Origin: Eledone cirrhosa | Taxonomy: Eukaryota | Length of the DNA stretch: 64,000 bases | Reading direction: 5' to 3' | NCBI GenBank assembly: GCA_964016885.1 | Contig: OZ024751.1 | Location: 47,182,001 to 47,246,000 of the forward strand | Shown here: positions 49,701 to 62,563 of the stretch, one piece after another | Layout of the letters: the number at the start of each line of letters is the position of its first letter | Numbering within the stretch: position 1 is the stretch's first letter | Notes under the pieces: model-generated | Database searches by the model: none | Told to the model about the DNA's origin: nothing | Seen by the model: the letters and a program-made list of their open reading frames with translations, nothing else | Position numbers and translations under genes: made by a program

Positions 49701-51524
49701 CATCACTAGATATGTGGCAATTGGTGATGTGAAATAATCTATGATTTAAATTTTGAGCAATCACTACAAGTGATGAATGTAAATTTATTAAACCACAGAC
49801 ATCCAACTTTTTCATAGTCTATGAATCATCCTAGTGCATGGCATGAATGAGAAAATGGTATGAATGAGAAAATTAACTTTCGGTACTTTCAGGTTTTCGA
49901 ATTTCCATGTGCTCACTGCCAACATGTTGGTTGTGAAAACACTCTTGGAGCTATGCTGATTCTAAAAATGTATAATGCATTGGAGATAGACCCACTGGGG
50001 GCCCCTAGTTACTTTCCAGATACACACACACAGACAAGAATTTGTATTTATTATTATATATTCTGTTTATCATGGCATTGTTATGTTTTAGTGTTAGTCT
50101 TCATAACTATGTAACAATGCTAAAGACGTCATGAAACAATATTATGAAGATGCATAAATTTATGTCTCAAAATAGAGATAAGGGTAATAAAAGGTGGAAT
50201 TAGTCCCCATTAGTTAGTCTTCTTTTTACATAATCATTAGTGCATCAGACAATATGCTCTGTCCAAGTTCTTTACATCCTGCAGAATTCAACTTTGCTTT
50301 TCCTTCTAGGTTAAATAAAATAAAGTACCAGTCAAATAATGGGGTTGATTTAATTGTATAACCTCCTCCCCAAAATTTCTGACCTTGTAACTACATTAGA
50401 AACAATTATTATTAAATTAATAACTAGGATGTTGAGAGACACAATAAATATATTGTGGTATCTAGCTAGCTCCAGACATTTTCCGAGTTCTAAATCCTGC
50501 TGGAGGACAACTTTACAGCTCATTGTAACTGTAGGAGATATAAAAAAAAAAAAACAGGTCAATTTTCACTAATTGAGCCTTGTCTCTGTTAGCAATTTAT
50601 TATTATTATTATAAGTGTGGGTAATGTACGGAGGTTGATTTAATCAACTTTCATCTCCTCTCAGATTTGGCCTTGTACCTTAATCAGAAACCATTATTAG
50701 GGTGGATGACAGACTCAGTAAAGAAGCAACTAAAGTGCTGCTTTGTAGTATTTACTTAGATCCATTATCTGAGTTCAGATCCTTCCATAGTTCACTTAGC
50801 AATTCATTTCTTCTTCCAGGAATCAATAAACATTCAATCAAGTGCATGAATCAATTTTCACTTTACCTCCATAATTTGTGTCTAATTTAGATACTATCAT
50901 CATCATCATCACCATTATTGTCAATATAACATTTCGTTTTTTTATATTAAAAGATTTTGCATTGTTTTGCTTTAATAAAAAATAACATTAAAAAACAGAC
51001 AAAACTTTTTGAAAAATACAAGACTTTGTAAACCAAAATTGTAAAAACCAAAAAAAAAAAAAAAAATTTCAAGAAAATCTCTTTAAAATTCCATTTCAAT
51101 TCTCAGACTTTTGTTGTTTTCTATATTTTCCTTCCATAATTCTTGTATCATGGAAATATTGGTAAATACTGTCACTGGCGTTTCAAGAAAACAGGAGTTG
51201 AATTTGATGTCAATAGTACTGCTGATAGTATAGGACGTATACATAAGAATGTGTGAGTATTAGCAGTACCAGTAACACAATAGGATTCATTCATAATAGA
51301 GGCATATATGAAAGCTTATAAAATATGTTCATGTATAATAAACGTATATAAATAATCTAGCTGTGGATATTTTAAACTGTGAAACGATCACAGCTTCAAA
51401 TAACAATTATGTTTGTTTATTATACATAAACATATTTTATATGCTTTCATATATGCCTCTAATTATATATACACACATTATAAGAGGCATATATGAAAGT
51501 ATATAAAATCTCTCTCTCTCTCTA

Positions 51525-51935
51525 CGTGAACTGCAAAGCATAAACGAACTAAGGGAGAAATTAGGAATAAGAGGGATCAGATGTTGTTTACTCAAGAGAA
51601 GACTACGTTGGTATGGTCATGTGATGCGCATGAAAGACGACAGTTGTATAAAAAAGTGCAGGGCGATCAAAATAGACGGTAGCCACGGAGTAGGCAGACC
51701 CAGAAAAACCTGGGATGACTTCATAAATTCCGACCTCACACACTTACAAGACAATGTCACTGGACCGAGATCTTTGGCGCTACACAGTAATACAGAAGAC
51801 CCGCCTTGCCTAAGTACAAAGCAAAACCTACAGTCAGTAGGCACCTCTAACAAAAATACATTCCTGTCCCACTACCCCCCACCCCATTCAATATAAAGAT
51901 ATGTTGGTACCACAACATCCAGTCCGAAACAAATA
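51525..51935 (+). mobile_element. RTE LINE 3' fragment, same subfamily as 37449-38180
   Basis: MRMKDDSCIKKCRAIKIDGSHGVGRPRKTWDD, then a frameshifting deletion. Confidence 0.88.
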
Positions 51936-54168
51936 AGACATATATGAAAGCATATATATTTGCATGTGTGTGTGCAGTCTACAGATGAGAAGGGTGATGT
52001 GATAGACATATAACATTGAAGACAACTGAGTTTGTCTGAGACACTCTGCTACTAGCCATATGTCAGATTTGTGTAGGAAGCAATGGTTACAGTTAGACAG
52101 GGGATTACATAGCAGTTGAATGAGCCATTAAATCAGAGACAGGCCTGGATGTATTGGGTGAAAATGGAAAATAATGAACAATATGAGAAAGCCAGAAGAG
52201 AAGCTAAAGGCAAGCTAGATATCAGGTAGATTTAGTGAGGAGAGAAGCTGAAAGTAAGAGGTTTACAAAATATTCTATGATGAGAAGTTAGGAGGCATGA
52301 GGTATTCTAGATTCAAAGCAGTGTTTTAGTGCCAATCAAAATAACTGGTAAGTAGTGTACATGGAATGAACTGAGGTTGCAGAAGGAGAATGTTTAAGAA
52401 AGACAAGGCAGACCCAACAAAGAAACCAGTTCTATCTATGGACAATTAACTCTTTCGTTGCTGCATTTTTAATTAATTGTTTCTACTTTTGGCACAAGGC
52501 CAGCAATTACTCAGTACATTACTGGTACTTTATTTTATCGACCCCGTAAGGATGAAAGGCAAAGTTAACGCTGTATTTTTAATTTATGACATAAATATGG
52601 TTTATGTTCTTGAATAACTACAGGAAAAAATTATTGGTAAGGAGGGAAAACCGGAAGTTTAAAGAACTGGACAGGTTTGTGTGGAGACTATTTTGAGTGT
52701 TCACTCGTGTGTGACAAAAGGTTTCTGTTAATAGGATCAATGGCAATTGATAACGCAGTTGTATGTGGATGACACTAAAGAGGAAAAAAGAGATAACATA
52801 AACTGTAGGCGTTGTTACAGGTGACGGTATCACATGAAGGCGTGTAGATTAGTAAGGGTGTTCGGATCATAATCGTAAGGTAACATGTTCGATTCCCGGA
52901 CCTGGTGAAACGTTGTGCCGTTGATTGAGTAAAGAAAATAGCTGTTAAAAATGAATTGTGCCCGTAAATTCAAAAGACCAACCTTATTACACACTCATTG
53001 TCGTAACCAACGGAGGTCCAGCATCAACAACATTAAGTGACGGCAAGTATGTCATTAATGTATAGATGAAATATTGTGTAGGACAAAAGTGAACTTCGGG
53101 GTATACCAGAGTCGATGGAGTGTGGTGCGGGCTTCCTCGAGCTCTATTAAGATACACCAGAGAGTCCTCAATAAATACACAGCGGAGTCAATAGAGTGTG
53201 GTGTGGGCCAGAGAAGATTCTATAAATATATCAATAGTGTGTGGTGTGAGACAGAGTGCTCTATCAATACACAATACGGTGATACGAGAGAGAGAGCTCT
53301 ATCAGCACGGTGAATCTCGGTCGGTTTCGACGATGAGTGTTCGTCTGCTCATGAAAACGTGTAGGTGGCTAAGCATTCCACAGACACGTTGTACCCTTAA
53401 CGTAATTCTCGGAGACTCAGCATGACACATCATCATCATCTTTCAATCTTTCAAATCTCTTGCCAATCCCTTTCCACACTGCTCGGTACGGCATTGTTGT
53501 CCCCAGATCCCTTATGTCCAACCTTTGAGTCCCGAACTATGGTCCTTTGAGTTATAAATACAGTCCTTTCGACTTTTGAAGTGAGGTGATATTTGGCAAC
53601 TACTTGTAAAAAGAACAAAGTAAGATACATGTTGGCTTGTTTGTCTTTTGTTCATTTTTCGTGTTTAAAAAGGGACATAATTCTAAAAACCAATTTCTTA
53701 ACCTAATTAACTTATCTCCCCTTAGTTCTTCTAAAGTTTGCTACTTCCGTTCGTCGGAACCAAACCTCATTTACTCGCCTTACTTGAAACGAAACAGACA
53801 TTCGGGAGTGTTTATACACAATATACACGGCACTTTTCGCTCTCTTTTCACACACACACACATATATATATATACACGCATTCAGGTGTCTGACTTCTCC
53901 GCATAAAGACCAGACTAATTACCATTATAATAATTAAGGGGGGGATATATAGGAATATATAATATAATACACACACATATATATATGTATATAATATAGA
54001 TATAATATATATGCACACACTACCTTGTAACGAATCCGTTTTTAGTTTTTATTTCACAAATATCTTTTAGTCCAAGAACACAGGAATATTTTAAAAGTAA
54101 TAATAGTAATCATTATTATTATTACTATTGTTGTTATTATTATTAAATAAAATCAGAAGCCAGAGAAG

Positions 54169-54228
54169 ATGGGGAATACTTCCAGTAGTACAGAAACGGA
54201 AGAGGATCTTTCAGAAGACACATGTATG
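54169..54228 (+). CDS. Possible first coding exon of a third gene (MGNTSSSTETEEDLSEDTCM)
   Basis: aagATGG Kozak-like context, MGxxxS myristoylation-type start, and a G|gtatgt donor. No downstream exon was identified in the window. Confidence 0.35.
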
Positions 54229-56169
54229 GTATGTTATTGTTTTTATTTATTTAATCTATCTTTATATGTTCTACACACGCACACACACAGATACATACAT
54301 CGGGGGCACTATAAAATAAGTACCAGGTACCAGTAATATACCACGATGAGAGAGGATGAGATGCTGGGGGTGGTGGTGTCAATCGATTGAACCTGTCTTA
54401 TATACCGCGTGCCATTATTGAGAATCAATCATGCGTACTTAGACACACACCTAGGCTGGTTGAGATGGTTGACAATAATCCGAAGACTCAGTCTTCGACA
54501 ATAAAATAGTACCAAGGAGGTTAGTTAGGCTGATTACCACCCGCCCTCTATTTCGATGTCGATTTCCAGTTATGATAAAAATAGAAATGTTTCATATACA
54601 GACAACAAAAAAAAAAAATCGTACTTAAGAAATGAACTGGTTTTTATAGAGGAATAATAAATGTTATTACTCGGAATCTGATAAGAAGAATCCAAAGGCA
54701 CAGTTTTCGGCAGTGCGGTACTGCTGATAATGATTTCTTTGAAATATACAAAGCTACCCATTTTTATTGGGTGGCAGGTGGGTGTAGTCGTTTATAATAT
54801 CGACTACAGTACGTGATTGGTATCTAGTTTATCGATTCCGGAAGAAGAAAAAGACAAAGTCTACACAGATCGAATTTAAATTAAGAATCTAAAAATTCTG
54901 CAAAATATTTTGTCCAACCACTTTTACGATGTGTGTATTTCTAATCCTGCGTATATTCTATTTAGTTTCCTATATGAGTGTGTGTGTATATATCTACGCC
55001 TGTCTGTATGTATTTATTACGCCACTATCTATCCATATGTATGTCTGTGCGTGTATATATGTAAACATATAGCTTCATATATCCCTACATGTATGTGTGT
55101 GCAGGTGTATATCTATGTATATTTAATTTGGTTTATTTCAATATGAGGTATGTAGGTATGTATGTACGTATGTATGTGAGTGTGTGTGTTTACACACATA
55201 CACATATTTATAAGCATGTGTTTATATCACTTATCTATCAATCCAGATTTAAGTAATGCTAACCATGCCGTATGTGTGTGATCATCGATTTTACGTCGGG
55301 TTGTCCATGCTTCCATGGGTTGGACGGATATGTTACACCCAGATGCTCTTGATAATGTCAAAACTTTTAGTCACATTTTACGACACGCAAGATTACGGTG
55401 TATCTATTCTCACAACTGGGATACACACATTGTATGTATGTATGTATGTATGTATGTATGTATGTGTGTGTGTGTATGTATATATATAGATATATCATGT
55501 ATATATATAGATATATCATCACCATTTAACGTCCGGTTACCCTGCTAGCAATGAATAAACGGGTTTCCACACTGGGTCAGTACTCAAGCAGAGCTACAGA
55601 CCTCTCAGATGGGCCTGAGGTCTACATCGAGGTTACATACGATCCCTCGCTCTATTGAGTGCATTTTATTGTGGCACTATCACTAGGGAGGTTGCCATGT
55701 CTTTGACACAACTGAGAAGTCCTGACACTTTGTTTTGCAGGTTTTCTATCGCTTCATACCTTTTCTATCATCAAGTGCTTTACAGAATGTACTGGGTGCA
55801 TCTATTGTATAGATCACCAACTCTAGGGAGGTTGTCGTATCTTTGGCACAACTGAAAAACGTCCCTATACTTTACAGAGTGTACTGGGTGCATCTATTGT
55901 GTAGATCACCAACTCTAGGAGGTTGCCATGTCTTTGCTTGGCAAGTTTTCTATGGCTGGATGCCCTTCACATCACTAACCACTTTACAGAGTGTATTGGG
56001 CACCTAGAGTGGTTGTCAGTCATTGTCTCAGTTGAAGTGTTCTCTCTAACCTTTGGAGGAGAGAATGAAGATAAGTATAATGTTATAGGTGTATGACAAG
56101 TGTATTGGGATTTGACAAGGTGATATATAGGAACAAAGGGATGATCTGATAACATGGGGGAAGGGGGCA

Positions 56170-58860
56170 GTAACTTGTGTATAACTGCCTCTACTGTGTT
56201 TCTCATGAGTTGGTCCACAATAGTAACTTGTGTATAACTTCCTCTTCTGTGTTTCTCATGTGTTGGTTCCCACAATAGTAACTTGTGTATAACTTCCTCT
56301 TCTGTGTTTCTCATGAGTTGGTTCCCACATTAGTAACTTGTGTATAGCTTACTCTTATGTGTTTCTCATGAGTTGGTTCCCACAATAGTAACTTGTGTAT
56401 AACTTCCTCTTCTGTGTTCCCCATGAGTTGGTTCCCACATTAGTAACTTGTGTATAACTGCCTCTACTGTGTCTCCTATGAGTTGGTTCCCACATTAGTA
56501 ACTTGTGTATAACTTCCTCTTCTGTGTTTCTCATGAGTTGGTTCCCACAATAGTAACTTGTGTATAACTTCCTCTACTGTGTTTCTCATGAGTTGGTTCC
56601 CACAATAGTAACTTGTGTATAACTTCCTCTTATGTGTTTCTCATGAGTTGGTTCCCACAATAGTAACTTGTGTATAACTTCCTCTTCTGTGTTTCCCATG
56701 AGTTGGTTCCCACAATAGTAACTTGTGTATAACTGCCTATACTGTGTTTCTCATGAGTTGGTTCCCACAATAGTAACTTGTGTATAACTTCCTCTTCTGT
56801 GTTTCTCATGAGTTGGTTCCCACAATAGTAACTTGTGTATAACTTCCTCTACTGTGTTTCTCATGAGTTGGTTCCCACAATAGTAACTTGTGTATAACTT
56901 CCTCTTATGTGTTTCTCATGAGTTGGTTCCCACAATAGTAACTTGTGTATAACTTCCTCTTCTGTGTTTCCCATGAGTTGGTTCCCACAATAGTAACTTG
57001 TGTATAACTGCCTCTACTGTGTTTCTCATGAGTTGGTTCCCACAATAGTAACTTGTGTATAACTTCCTCTTCTGTGTTTCTCATGAGTTGGTTCCCACAA
57101 TAGTAACTTGTGTATAACTTCCTCTTCTGTGTTTCTCATGAGTTGGTTCCCACAATAGTAACTTGTGTATAACTGCCTCTACTGTGTTTCTCATGAGTTG
57201 GTTCCCACAATATTACCTTGTGTATAACTTCCTCTACCGTGTTTCTCATGAGTTGGTTCCCACATTAGTAACTTGTGTATAACTTCCTCTTCTGTGTTTC
57301 TCATGAGTTGGTTCCCACATTAGTAACTTGTGTATAACTTCCTCTTCTGTGTTTCTCATGAGTTGGTTCCCACAATATTATCTTGTGTATAACTTCCTCT
57401 ACCGTGTTTCCCATGAGTTGGTTCCCACAATAGTAACTTGTGTATAACTTCCTTTACTGTGTTCCCCATGAGTTGGTTCCCACAATAGTAACTTGTGTAT
57501 AACTTCCTCTTCTGTGTTTCTCATGAGTTGGTTCCCACAATAGTAACTTCTGTATAACTTCTTCTACTGTGTTCCCCATGAGTTGGTTCCCACAATAGTA
57601 ACTTGTGTATAACTTCCTCTACTGTGTTCCCCATGAGTTGGTTCCCACAATAGTAACTTGTGTATAACTTCCTCTACTGTGTTCCCCATGAGTTGGTTCC
57701 CGCAATAGTAACTTGTGTATAACTTCCTCTACTGTGTTCCCCATGAGTTGGTTCCCACAATAGTAACTTGTGTATAACTTCCTCTACTGTGTTCCCCATG
57801 AGTTGGTTCCCACAATAGTAACTTGTGTATAACTTCCTCTTCTGTGTTTCTCATGAGTTGGTTCCCACATTAGTAACTTGTGTATAACTTCCTCTTATGT
57901 GTTTCTCATGAGTTGGTTCCCACATTAGTAACTTGTGTATAGCTTCCTCTTCTGTGTTTTTCATGAGTTGGTTCCCACATTAGTAACTTGTGTATAGCTT
58001 CCTCTTCTGTGTTTCTCATGAGTTGGTTCCCACAATAGTAACTTGTGTATAACTTCCTCTTCTGTGTTTTTCATGAGTTGGTTCCCACATTAGTAACATG
58101 TGTATAACTTCCTCTTCTGTGTTTCTCATGAGTTGGTTCCCACAATAGTAACTTGTGTATAACTTCCTCTTCTGTGTTTCTCATGAGTTGGTTCCCACAT
58201 TAGTAACTTGTGTATAACTTCCTCTTCTGTGTTTCTCATGAGTTGGTTCCCACAATAGTAACTTGTGTATAACTTCCTCTTCTGTGTTTCTCATGAGTTG
58301 GTTCCCACATTAGTAACTTGTGTATAACTTCCTCTTCTGTGTTTCTCATGAGTTGGTTCCCACATTAGTAACTTGTGTATAACTTCCTCTTCTGTGTTTC
58401 TCATGAGTTGGTTCCCACAATAGTAACTTGTGTATAACTTCCGCTTCTGTGTTTCTCATGAGTTGGTTCCCACAATAGTAACTTGTGTATAACTTCCTTT
58501 ACTCTGTTCCCCATGAGTTGGTTCCCACAATAGTAACTTGTGTATAACTTCCTTTACTGTGTTCCCCATGAGTTGGTTCCCACAATAGTAACTTGTGTAT
58601 AACTTCCTCTACTGTATTTCTCATGAGTTGGTTCCCACAATAGTAACTTGTGTATAACTTCCTCTACCGTGTTCCCCATGAGTTGGTTCCCACAATAGTA
58701 ACTTGTGTATAACTTCCTCTTCTGTGTTCCCCATGAGTTGGTTCCCATAATAGTATGTTGTTTATAACTTCCTTTACTGCATCCCTCCTTAGTTCCAACA
58801 ATATTACCTTGTGTATAACTTCCTCTACTGCATCTCCCGGGAGTTAGTTCCCACAATAGT
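56170..58860. repeat. 55-bp satellite, about 49 copies
   Basis: TAGTAACTTGTGTATAACTTCCTCTTCTGTGTTTCTCATGAGTTGGTTCCCACAA. Confidence 0.97.
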
Positions 58861-59059
58861 CTCTTGAGTACATGTATTTAGATTAATTAGATTTTTGAAT
58901 TTAATTTTATTTAGCTCTACACTCATACAATCTACAAAGTCTACAACTTAAATAAAGAGAAAGACAAAAACTTGTGTATATAACTTCAACAACAAAAAAA
59001 TTATTAAAGCATATTACCACTGAGTGTAGAATTAATGAACTGTATAATGGAATTGATGT

Positions 59060-61422
59060 CTGCTGGGTGTATAATTGATCTACTGGGTGTATAATTGATC
59101 TACTGGGTGTATAATTGATCTACTGGGTGTATAATTGATCTACTGGGTGTATAATTGATCTACTGGGTGTATAATTGATCTACTGGTGTATAATTGATCT
59201 ACTGAGTGTATAATTGATCTACTGGGTGTATAATTGATCTACTGGTGTATAATTGATCTACTGGGTGTATAATTGATCTACTGGTGTATAATTGATCTAC
59301 TGGGTGTATAATTGATCTACTGGGTGTATAATTGATCTACTGGGTGTATAATTGATCTACTGGGTGTATAATTGATCTACTGGTGTATAAATGATCTACT
59401 GGGTGTATAATTGATCTACTGGGTGTATAATTGATCTACTGGGTGTATAATTGATCTACTGGGTGTATAATTGATCTACTGGTGTATAATTGATCTACTG
59501 GGTGTATAATTGATCTGCTGGGTGTTTAATTGATCTACTGCGTGTTTAATTGATCTACTGGGTGTATAATTGATCTACTGGGTGTTAAATTGATCTACTG
59601 GGTGTTTAATTGATCTACTGGGTGTATAATTGATCTACTGGGTGTTAAATTGATCTACTGGGTGTATAATTGATCTACTGGGTGTATAATTGATCTACTG
59701 GGTGTATAATTGATCTACTGGGTGTTTAATTGATCTACTGGGTGTTTAATTGATCTACTGGGTGTATAATTGATCTACTGGGTGTATAACTGATCTACTG
59801 GGTGTATAATTGATCTACTGGTGTATAATTGATCTACTGGGTGTATAATTGATCTACTGGGTGTATAATTGATCTACTGGGTGTATAATTGATCTACTGG
59901 TGTATAATTGATCTACTGAGTGTATAATTGATCTACTGGGTGTATAATTGATCTACTGGTGTATAATTGATCTACTGGGTGTATAATTGATCTACTGGTG
60001 TATAATTGATCTACTGGGTGTATAATTGATCTACTGGGTGTATAATTGATCTACTGGGTGTATAATTGATCTACTGGTGTATAATTGATCTACTGGGTGT
60101 ATAATTGATCTACTGGTGTATAAATGATCTACTGGTGTATAAATGATCTACTGGGTGTATAATTGATCTACTGGGTGTATAATTGATCTACTGCATGTAT
60201 AATTGATCTACTGGTGTATAATTGATCTACTGGGTGTATAATTGATCTGCTGGGTGTTTAATTGATCCACTGGGTGTATAATTGATCTACTGGGTGTTAA
60301 ATTGATCTACTGGGTGTTTAATTGATCTACTGGGTGTATAATTGATCTACTGGGTGTTAAATTGATCTACTGGGTGTATAATTGATCTACTGGGTGTATA
60401 ATTGATCTACTGGGTGTATAATTGATCTACTGGGTGTTTAATTGATCTACTGGGTTTTTAATTGATCTACTGGGTGTATAATTGATCTACTGGGTGTATA
60501 ACTGATCTACTGGGTGTATAATTGATCTACTGGTGTATAATTGATCTACTGGGTGTATAATTGATCTACTGAGTGTATAATTGATCTACTGGGTGTATAA
60601 TTGATCTACTGGGTGTATAATTGATCTACTGGGTGTATAATTGATCTACTGGGTGTATAATTGATCTACTGGGTGTATAATTGATCTACTGGTGTATAAT
60701 TGATCTACTGGGTGTATAATTGATCTACTGGGTGTATAATTGATCTACTGGTGTATAATTGATCTACTGGGTGTATAATTGATCTACTGGGTGTATAATT
60801 GATCTACTGGGTGTATAATTGATCTACTGGGTGTATAATTGATCTACTGGTGTATAATTGATCTACTGGTGTATAATTGAACTACTGGTGTATAATTGAT
60901 CTACTGGTGTATAATTGATCTACTGGGTGTATAATTGATCTACTGGGTGTATAATTGATCTACTGGGTGTATAATTGATCTACTGGGTGTATAATTGATC
61001 TACTGGTGTATAATTGATCTACTGGGTGTATAATTGATCTACTGGGTGTATAATTGATCTACTGGGTGTATAATTGATCTACTGGTTGTATAATTGATCT
61101 ACTGGTTGTATAATTGATCTACTGGGTGTTTAATTGATCTACTGGGTGTTTAATTGATCTACTGGGTGTTTAATTGATCTACTGGGTGTATAATTGATCT
61201 ACTGGGTGTATAATTGATCTACTGGGTGTTAAATTGATCTACTGGTTGTATAATTGATCTACTGGTTGTATAATTGATCTACTGGTTGTATAATTGATCT
61301 ACTGGTTGTATAATTGATCTACTGGGTGTTTAATTGATCTAATGGGTGTTAAATTGATCTACTGGGTGTATAATTGATCTACTGGGTGTATAATTGATTT
61401 ACTGGGTGTATAATTGATTTAC
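59060..61422. repeat. 19-20-bp satellite TACTGGGTGTATAATTGATC, more than 110 copies
   Basis: Directly visible. Confidence 0.97.
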
Positions 61423-62563
61423 TTACTTTCTTTGTATTATTACCGAATTAGTAGAGCATGGAATAAATATTTTGTTCCGGCTCTTTACGCTTTGAATTTA
61501 AATCCTGCCAAGGTTGACTTTGCCTTTCATCCTTCCCGGAGGTTGGGGAGGGGCGATACAATAAAGATATAAAGTACCAGTCATGTATTGAGGTCAATGT
61601 AATTGACTTTTCCTTCCCCATAGATTGTTGCTTTGTGGATTGGCAGTATCAGTAGAGTGTCTGATAACATGCCTTGCGGCATATACTTACGTCCCTTTGC
61701 ATTCTGAGTTCAAATCCCACTGAAGTTAGCTTTATAATAATAATAATAATGAAATTATTGTGAACAGTGCTCAGGTGCACTACAACTCATCAAAGGTGCA
61801 TGTATAGTACATAGAATAATATACAAATGTCAGGAAAGTGAACAGTGTATGAGTCATAATAAAATAAGGTGTGGTGTGGCCTAGGTATAACTATGTGGAG
61901 GTGTGTGGTTTAGTGGCTTTCAATCCTAAGAACATGAATTTGATTCCTGGTCTGGGTAGAGTAATAACCTTGAGAAAGACATTTTATTTCATGTTGCTCC
62001 AGTTCATACATCTGAAAAAAAAAATGAGTATCAACAACAACAGCAGCAGCAATCGGGGTGGGGTGGGAGGAATAGCCTTGTGATGGGGCAATGCTAGAGG
62101 CAAGCTTTGTAATGTGAATCACTTAATACAAGCGGAACTGGGATAAGATCCATCCTGATAAAATCCTGGACTTTAACCCCGTTTTTGTTACAAAACCACC
62201 TAAAACTGACCTCTAATTCTATGATACAAAACTATTTAGTTGACAATGTATATACACACAGGTATACTTCACTTTGTCATTTTAGAAGTTACAGCAATTT
62301 TTCTTCATATTACATGGCAAAAATAAACCTTGTGTTATGTTCATTTATTCAACTTTGTCGGTCTGCCAAAAAATCATTAAAAAAAAAAACCAATAAAAAC
62401 ATATAAAATCATAGGAGGAAGTTATAGTTTACTTGAAGCATTGCATATGGTATATAAAATCATATTTAATTAGTGTGTACTGTATGTACATTAAAGTACA
62501 TTGGGGAATGCCTCTTAGCAGTTATAATTTATGTAAGAACATTTGTTAAGCTATGTTCTGAAT

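Noticed and set aside
53074-53425. Overlapping 75-79-aa ORFs
   Set aside because: Degenerate short repeats inside a decayed SINE, with no recognisable protein motif or splice support.
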